From: Craspedostauros australis
Lineage: Eukaryota
Direction: 5' to 3'
Length of the DNA stretch: 64,000 nt
Assembly: GCA_030167865.1 (NCBI GenBank)
Contig: JALAGF010004219.1
Location: forward strand, 1 to 64,000
In this document: one piece after another, positions 59,957-64,000 of the stretch
Numbering within the stretch: the first letter of the stretch is position 1
Layout of the letters: the number at the start of each line of letters is the position of its first letter
Program-made: the position numbers and the translations under genes
Notes under the pieces: generated by a model
Told to the model about the DNA's origin: nothing
Databases searched by the model: none
What the model saw: only the letters and a program-made list of their open reading frames with translations

Positions 59957-62452
59957 ATGAGCATCCTTCCTCCTTCGGATCCCGACGTTCGTTGCGACGA
60001 GGGCAGCGAGCACGATGCTCGCCCCGCAACGCAGCAGCACGAACCGAGCATGAATCACCCTGAAGGCATTGGCATTGTTTGTGCGGACACTGCAGCTGTC
60101 GATTGCGAAGAAGAAGAAGAAGAAGTCGTTGGCGTCAGAGGTTCATCAGCATCAGGATCGACGCTTCAGCATCCTCATACGAGAGGGAACCCACAAGTAA
60201 TAGCGCTATCACAATCATCATCACCGGCAGCACCTGTCGACAGAGACGAACACAAGCACGAACACGACCACGAACGCGAAGGAGCACCCGAAGAACGCTT
60301 CAAAAGAGTTGCAGAAGTGGGCGGAGACATGCAGAACCCACCGACGAGGTCATCGAGGGGCACAGGGGGCGACGGTGCTGTTCCACCATTCGCACGAACA
60401 GCGGGACCATCGCTCTCGTTGCCGCTCAGGGCGCTGTACGCATGCAATGGATTCTCCCTTGCATTGCAGTACATGCCTCTCATGTACATCATCAACACGC
60501 AGGTCGAGCTGCCTCTGACCTATCTTCCAACGTACGGTTCTATCGCATTCTTCCCGTGGTGCCTCAAACCACTCTACGCCGTGATGTGCAAGCCATTTGA
60601 TCGCCCAACGTTGATGATCACGCTTTTCGCCGTCAACGCGGTCATGCTCATGTGGTACCTCTTCCTGGAGGAGGGTGCCGTCGTCCTCTTCTTCCTCCTC
60701 GTCTTCGTCAGGGGCACCATCGAGGCATGGGCAGAGTTCTGCGTCGGGCTCTACCTCATCGACGAATCGTCGCTGCAGCCTTCGCAGTTCGAAGCCAACG
60801 CGTCTGCCTACCAATCACAGGCAGCAACGTCCAGGAATGTTGGCGCCTTTCTCGCAGGAACCGTTTCCTCCGCCTTCTTCCTCTACAAACAGCTGAACGA
60901 AAACCAGCAAACAGGCATGAATCGATCAGCTGCCATCGCTTTGCTATTCGCTGCCTCGTTCAGCAACGTTCTATCGGCCTTGCTGGTGTGGGCATCGTCA
61001 AAATCAAAGCACCGACTGCGGGGCACACCCCAAGAAACAATGCCGATACACCTTGCGATCAACCTTGCTGCGGCAGACGACGGCGACGACGACGCAGCAG
61101 TGTGTTTGCATGTACAACATCCCAGTAGGACCATCACCGACAGCTTGGCGACCATCGAATCCACCACCGTTGATTCTATCGTGCCAAAAGATACGACGGG
61201 ACTTGCGGACTACAACAGCGAATCGTCCTACTCAAGCCACGATGATTCCTCCAGATCCTCCGCGCATGGAGCTCCTCGCACATCGTTCCATGACGCCTCG
61301 CCGGATGGAGCCTTCGCAGATGAATACAACGATGGGGGCAATCCGCATCCCAGCCATACCAATCGATTTACCAACATGGTACCACTCGTGTTGCTGCAGT
61401 TGGCCGTTGTCGCATTCTCACTGAAGGGCCCCATCGTACATCTCACGTCGGATGGAATATGGTTCGGAACAGTGACTGTGCTCACCGCAGCGATCTTCTC
61501 ATCGGGCATCTACATTGCCTGGTCGGGCCAATGGAGTGCCAAGTTGCATGGGACGAGCCTGTTCCTGATCCTCCGACATGCCATGCCTGGCGATGGCATG
61601 CTCATGAGCTCCTTCATGTACACGGCGTTCTCCAGCGCTCCAGTCTACCTGCAGGTCCACGGGTTGGTAGGCAGTCTTGCCAGCGTGGTATCGGCATGGT
61701 CCTACGGACGCTACCTTTCCAAGTTCAGCAGGGGGGCCATGCTGCGTTGGGTCATCGTATTCACGACGGTATTGACATCCGTTGTCTCTCTCAGCAACGT
61801 CGCCGTGGTGCGGAATGTACGCGCAACAATCTTGGGCCACCAAGCAGCAGCAGACGACGCAGACACCGACACCGACACCGACACCGACACAAGCGGAAAT
61901 GAGGATTCCAAAACGGTGAACTTTCCATTCTCCATCTTCGTTCTGTCCCTCATCACAAGCGTGCTCACAACCTTCACTGAGGAATGGTCCTTCCTCCCGG
62001 ACATCATCCTTGCCACTTCGTCCGTTGAAATCCGCTCATCCAACGGATCATCATCAGCGACGAGGACGGTGAACAGAGATGCTCTGTACGCGGAAGTTGA
62101 GAACCCAAGTCACACAAGGAACGTGGAGATGGATGGCGACAGTGGCAACGTTGGCAACAGTGCTGGTGATGCGACTACCGCCAACGATCGTAACGCCGCG
62201 ATCACTGCGAAGTCGAATGCAGGCCTCGAATACGGCGCGTTCATTTCGTGCCTTGACTTCGGTGACCAGCTCGGTGCGTTGCTAGCGAGTCCGCTGGTGG
62301 CCAGTCTTGGGATCAATCGTGACAACGGTTGGGAGAACTACGACAAGATGATCCTGATCTGTTCGATCTTTGGCGTTTGCGCCTTGGCGTTCTTAACGTT
62401 GTTGCCAAGGGATAGGGAGCGCCCAAGTCGATCATCCTCGTACGTAAACTAG
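59957..62452 (+). CDS. Folate-biopterin transporter (BT1) family, MFS
   Basis: About 12 hydrophobic helices, PWCLKPLY motif, YQSQAATSRNVG, AGLEYGAFISCLDFGDQLG..L...LGI. Start codon uncertain (ORF is open from 59720). Confidence 0.78.
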   Translation: MSILPPSDPDVRCDEGSEHDARPATQQHEPSMNHPEGIGIVCADTAAVDCEEEEEEVVGVRGSSASGSTLQHPHTRGNPQVIALSQSSSPAAPVDRDEHKHEHDHEREGAPEERFKRVAEVGGDMQNPPTRSSRGTGGDGAVPPFARTAGPSLSLPLRALYACNGFSLALQYMPLMYIINTQVELPLTYLPTYGSIAFFPWCLKPLYAVMCKPFDRPTLMITLFAVNAVMLMWYLFLEEGAVVLFFLLVFVRGTIEAWAEFCVGLYLIDESSLQPSQFEANASAYQSQAATSRNVGAFLAGTVSSAFFLYKQLNENQQTGMNRSAAIALLFAASFSNVLSALLVWASSKSKHRLRGTPQETMPIHLAINLAAADDGDDDAAVCLHVQHPSRTITDSLATIESTTVDSIVPKDTTGLADYNSESSYSSHDDSSRSSAHGAPRTSFHDASPDGAFADEYNDGGNPHPSHTNRFTNMVPLVLLQLAVVAFSLKGPIVHLTSDGIWFGTVTVLTAAIFSSGIYIAWSGQWSAKLHGTSLFLILRHAMPGDGMLMSSFMYTAFSSAPVYLQVHGLVGSLASVVSAWSYGRYLSKFSRGAMLRWVIVFTTVLTSVVSLSNVAVVRNVRATILGHQAAADDADTDTDTDTDTSGNEDSKTVNFPFSIFVLSLITSVLTTFTEEWSFLPDIILATSSVEIRSSNGSSSATRTVNRDALYAEVENPSHTRNVEMDGDSGNVGNSAGDATTANDRNAAITAKSNAGLEYGAFISCLDFGDQLGALLASPLVASLGINRDNGWENYDKMILICSIFGVCALAFLTLLPRDRERPSRSSSYVN

Positions 62453-63068
62453 CTCGTAAGCATGCGGTGAGGATTCACGAAGCACAGATCTGCGATTGCT
62501 CCTCTGCAAATGCAGTACGCAACTGCACAGACGTCCTTCATGTTGTCAAAACGATAGAGTTGGTCCTGTCATAGAGTAGATCAGGGTAGAAAAGAGTAGA
62601 GCATCTCGGATAAGAAAGGATGAGATGGGATGGGGCCGCGTTCTCTTGCCCAAAGCACATCCTCACGCGACAGCTGCTTGTAGCCCAAACAAGAATCTCC
62701 GGAGAGAGGCCGCTACGCAGCTCAATCAATGTGCAGTTTCCAATAGCACAACAAGCGGAGTAAACAGGACGCAATTGGAAAATAAGATGTAGCAAGAAGC
62801 TAATTACCAAAACCAACCACACGAATCGGTCAAACCAAAAACAGAAAAGAGACGCGCACAATCACCAGCAACAGAACCAGACAATCTGCAAGGAACATTG
62901 ACAGGACGAGGACGACCTACTCGAAAGCCATTCTTGCTCTATCCGTCGAGACAAAGAAAGGGGGATCGGGCAAAGCGACGATACCAACAAGAGTGTGCCA
63001 TCCGGAGTAATCTCCATAGCAGTCATACTCAGAATCACAACCAACATTATCACCACAATCGATTGAAA

Positions 63069-64000
63069 ATGGGAGACAGAAAGGTCGTGAACAAGTACAT
63101 CCCGGCGGACTTCGATCCGTCGCTGGTGCCGAAGGGCAAGAAGCTGTCGACGAAGGATGGCACGGTCCCCGTTCGCATGATGCTCCCGTTCAGCGTCCAA
63201 TGCGAGACCTGCAACACCTTCATGTACCGCGGGCGCAAGTTCAACTCCAAGAAGGAGCCCATGGGTGGACCGGACGGCAAGTACCTCGGCATCCAGCGCT
63301 TCCGATTCTACATCAAATGCACGCACTGCTCGCGCAGCATCAGCTTCCTCACGGATCCGCAGAACGCCGATTACGAGATGGAATCGGGCGGCACGCGGAA
63401 CTACGAGGTGTACAAAGACAAGGAGAAGAAGGCGGAGACATCCGCGTTGGAAAAGGAGAAGGAGGAGAAGCTGGATCCCATGAAGGCCTTGGAGAATCGG
63501 GTGCTGGAAAGTCAGCGCGAGATGGCAGATCTGGACAACCTGGAAGAAATCCGCGCCATGAATCGCAAACATGTCCAGCTGATGAAGGAGAACGAGAAGA
63601 ATGGATTGGGGGCGGATGCCAAGTCCTTGCTGGACAGGATCGATGCTGGCAAGAAGAAGAAGCAGACGAATGGCAATGGCGCTGTGTTGAATGAGAGAGG
63701 CATCACGGCGGAAGATGAAGAACTGATCAAATCCATCAAGTTCGGTGGTGGTGGTGGTGAGAAGAAGAAGAAAAAGAAGAAGCACAAGAAGAGCAAGAAA
63801 AAACAGAAATCCCTTGAAGGTGCTGGGGGAAGCGCGAATGATGATGGCAATGCCGATGGCGATGATAATGATGAAGAGATGGCATTGTTGCAGGCGGCTC
63901 ATCGCAAACGCAAGCAGCAGCAAATGCAGCAAGAAGAGGAGCAAAGGAAAAAGAGCGTGGCTGCTGCTGCAGCGCCGAGAATGACGATCGTCAAGAAGAA
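63069..64000 (+). CDS. YJU2: Splicing factor YJU2/CCDC94 (3'-truncated by the window edge)
   Basis: MGDRKVVNKYIPADFDPS..VRMMLPFSVQCETC..MYRGRKFNSKKE..YLGIQRFRFYIKCTHC..ISFLTDPQNADYEMESGGTRN..DPMKALENR. Absent from the supplied ORF track because there is no stop inside the window. Confidence 0.93.
   Translation, partial: MGDRKVVNKYIPADFDPSLVPKGKKLSTKDGTVPVRMMLPFSVQCETCNTFMYRGRKFNSKKEPMGGPDGKYLGIQRFRFYIKCTHCSRSISFLTDPQNADYEMESGGTRNYEVYKDKEKKAETSALEKEKEEKLDPMKALENRVLESQREMADLDNLEEIRAMNRKHVQLMKENEKNGLGADAKSLLDRIDAGKKKKQTNGNGAVLNERGITAEDEELIKSIKFGGGGGEKKKKKKKHKKSKKKQKSLEGAGGSANDDGNADGDDNDEEMALLQAAHRKRKQQQMQQEEEQRKKSVAAAAAPRMTIVKK

Noticed and set aside
17013-64000. Window-wide enrichment of RNA-processing genes (LSm2, CCA1, WDR18, translin-TRAX, SmD2, RPS6, YJU2) as a functional cluster
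   Set aside because: They are interspersed with unrelated genes on both strands; consistent with ordinary housekeeping density unless synteny says otherwise.
1-64000. Transposable elements or viral insertions
   Set aside because: No reverse transcriptase, integrase, transposase, LTR or TIR signatures were recognised by eye; small non-autonomous elements cannot be excluded.

Overview
Gene-dense eukaryotic nuclear DNA, most likely from a diatom or related ochrophyte. This is inferred from the gene set, the GT-AG introns and several signal-peptide + 'xSF/xAF' bipartite plastid-targeting-like N-termini. About 22 protein-coding genes can be assembled by hand, with 15 spliceosomal introns of 233-602 nt: a long ankyrin-repeat protein, a CrtI-type desaturase, EMC1, an RNF216-like RBR ligase, LSm2, a CCA-adding enzyme, two TLC-domain paralogues, gamma-tubulin, WDR18/Ipi3, uridine kinase, NTAQ1, ATG11, a Cys-less glutaredoxin-fold protein, a translin-TRAX fusion, SmD2, RPS6, a BT1 transporter, YJU2 and three unknowns. 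The standout is a circularly permuted tRNA-Ile(UAU) gene at 17984-18063. Its 3' half precedes its 5' half across a 7-nt spacer, and its leader and trailer pair into a bulge-helix-bulge motif exactly at position 37/38. It lies between LSm2 and the tRNA nucleotidyltransferase gene. The second most notable item is a single-chain translin+TRAX (C3PO-like) nuclease with a possible plastid-targeting presequence. All calls come from reading the sequence and recalled motifs; no searches were run.
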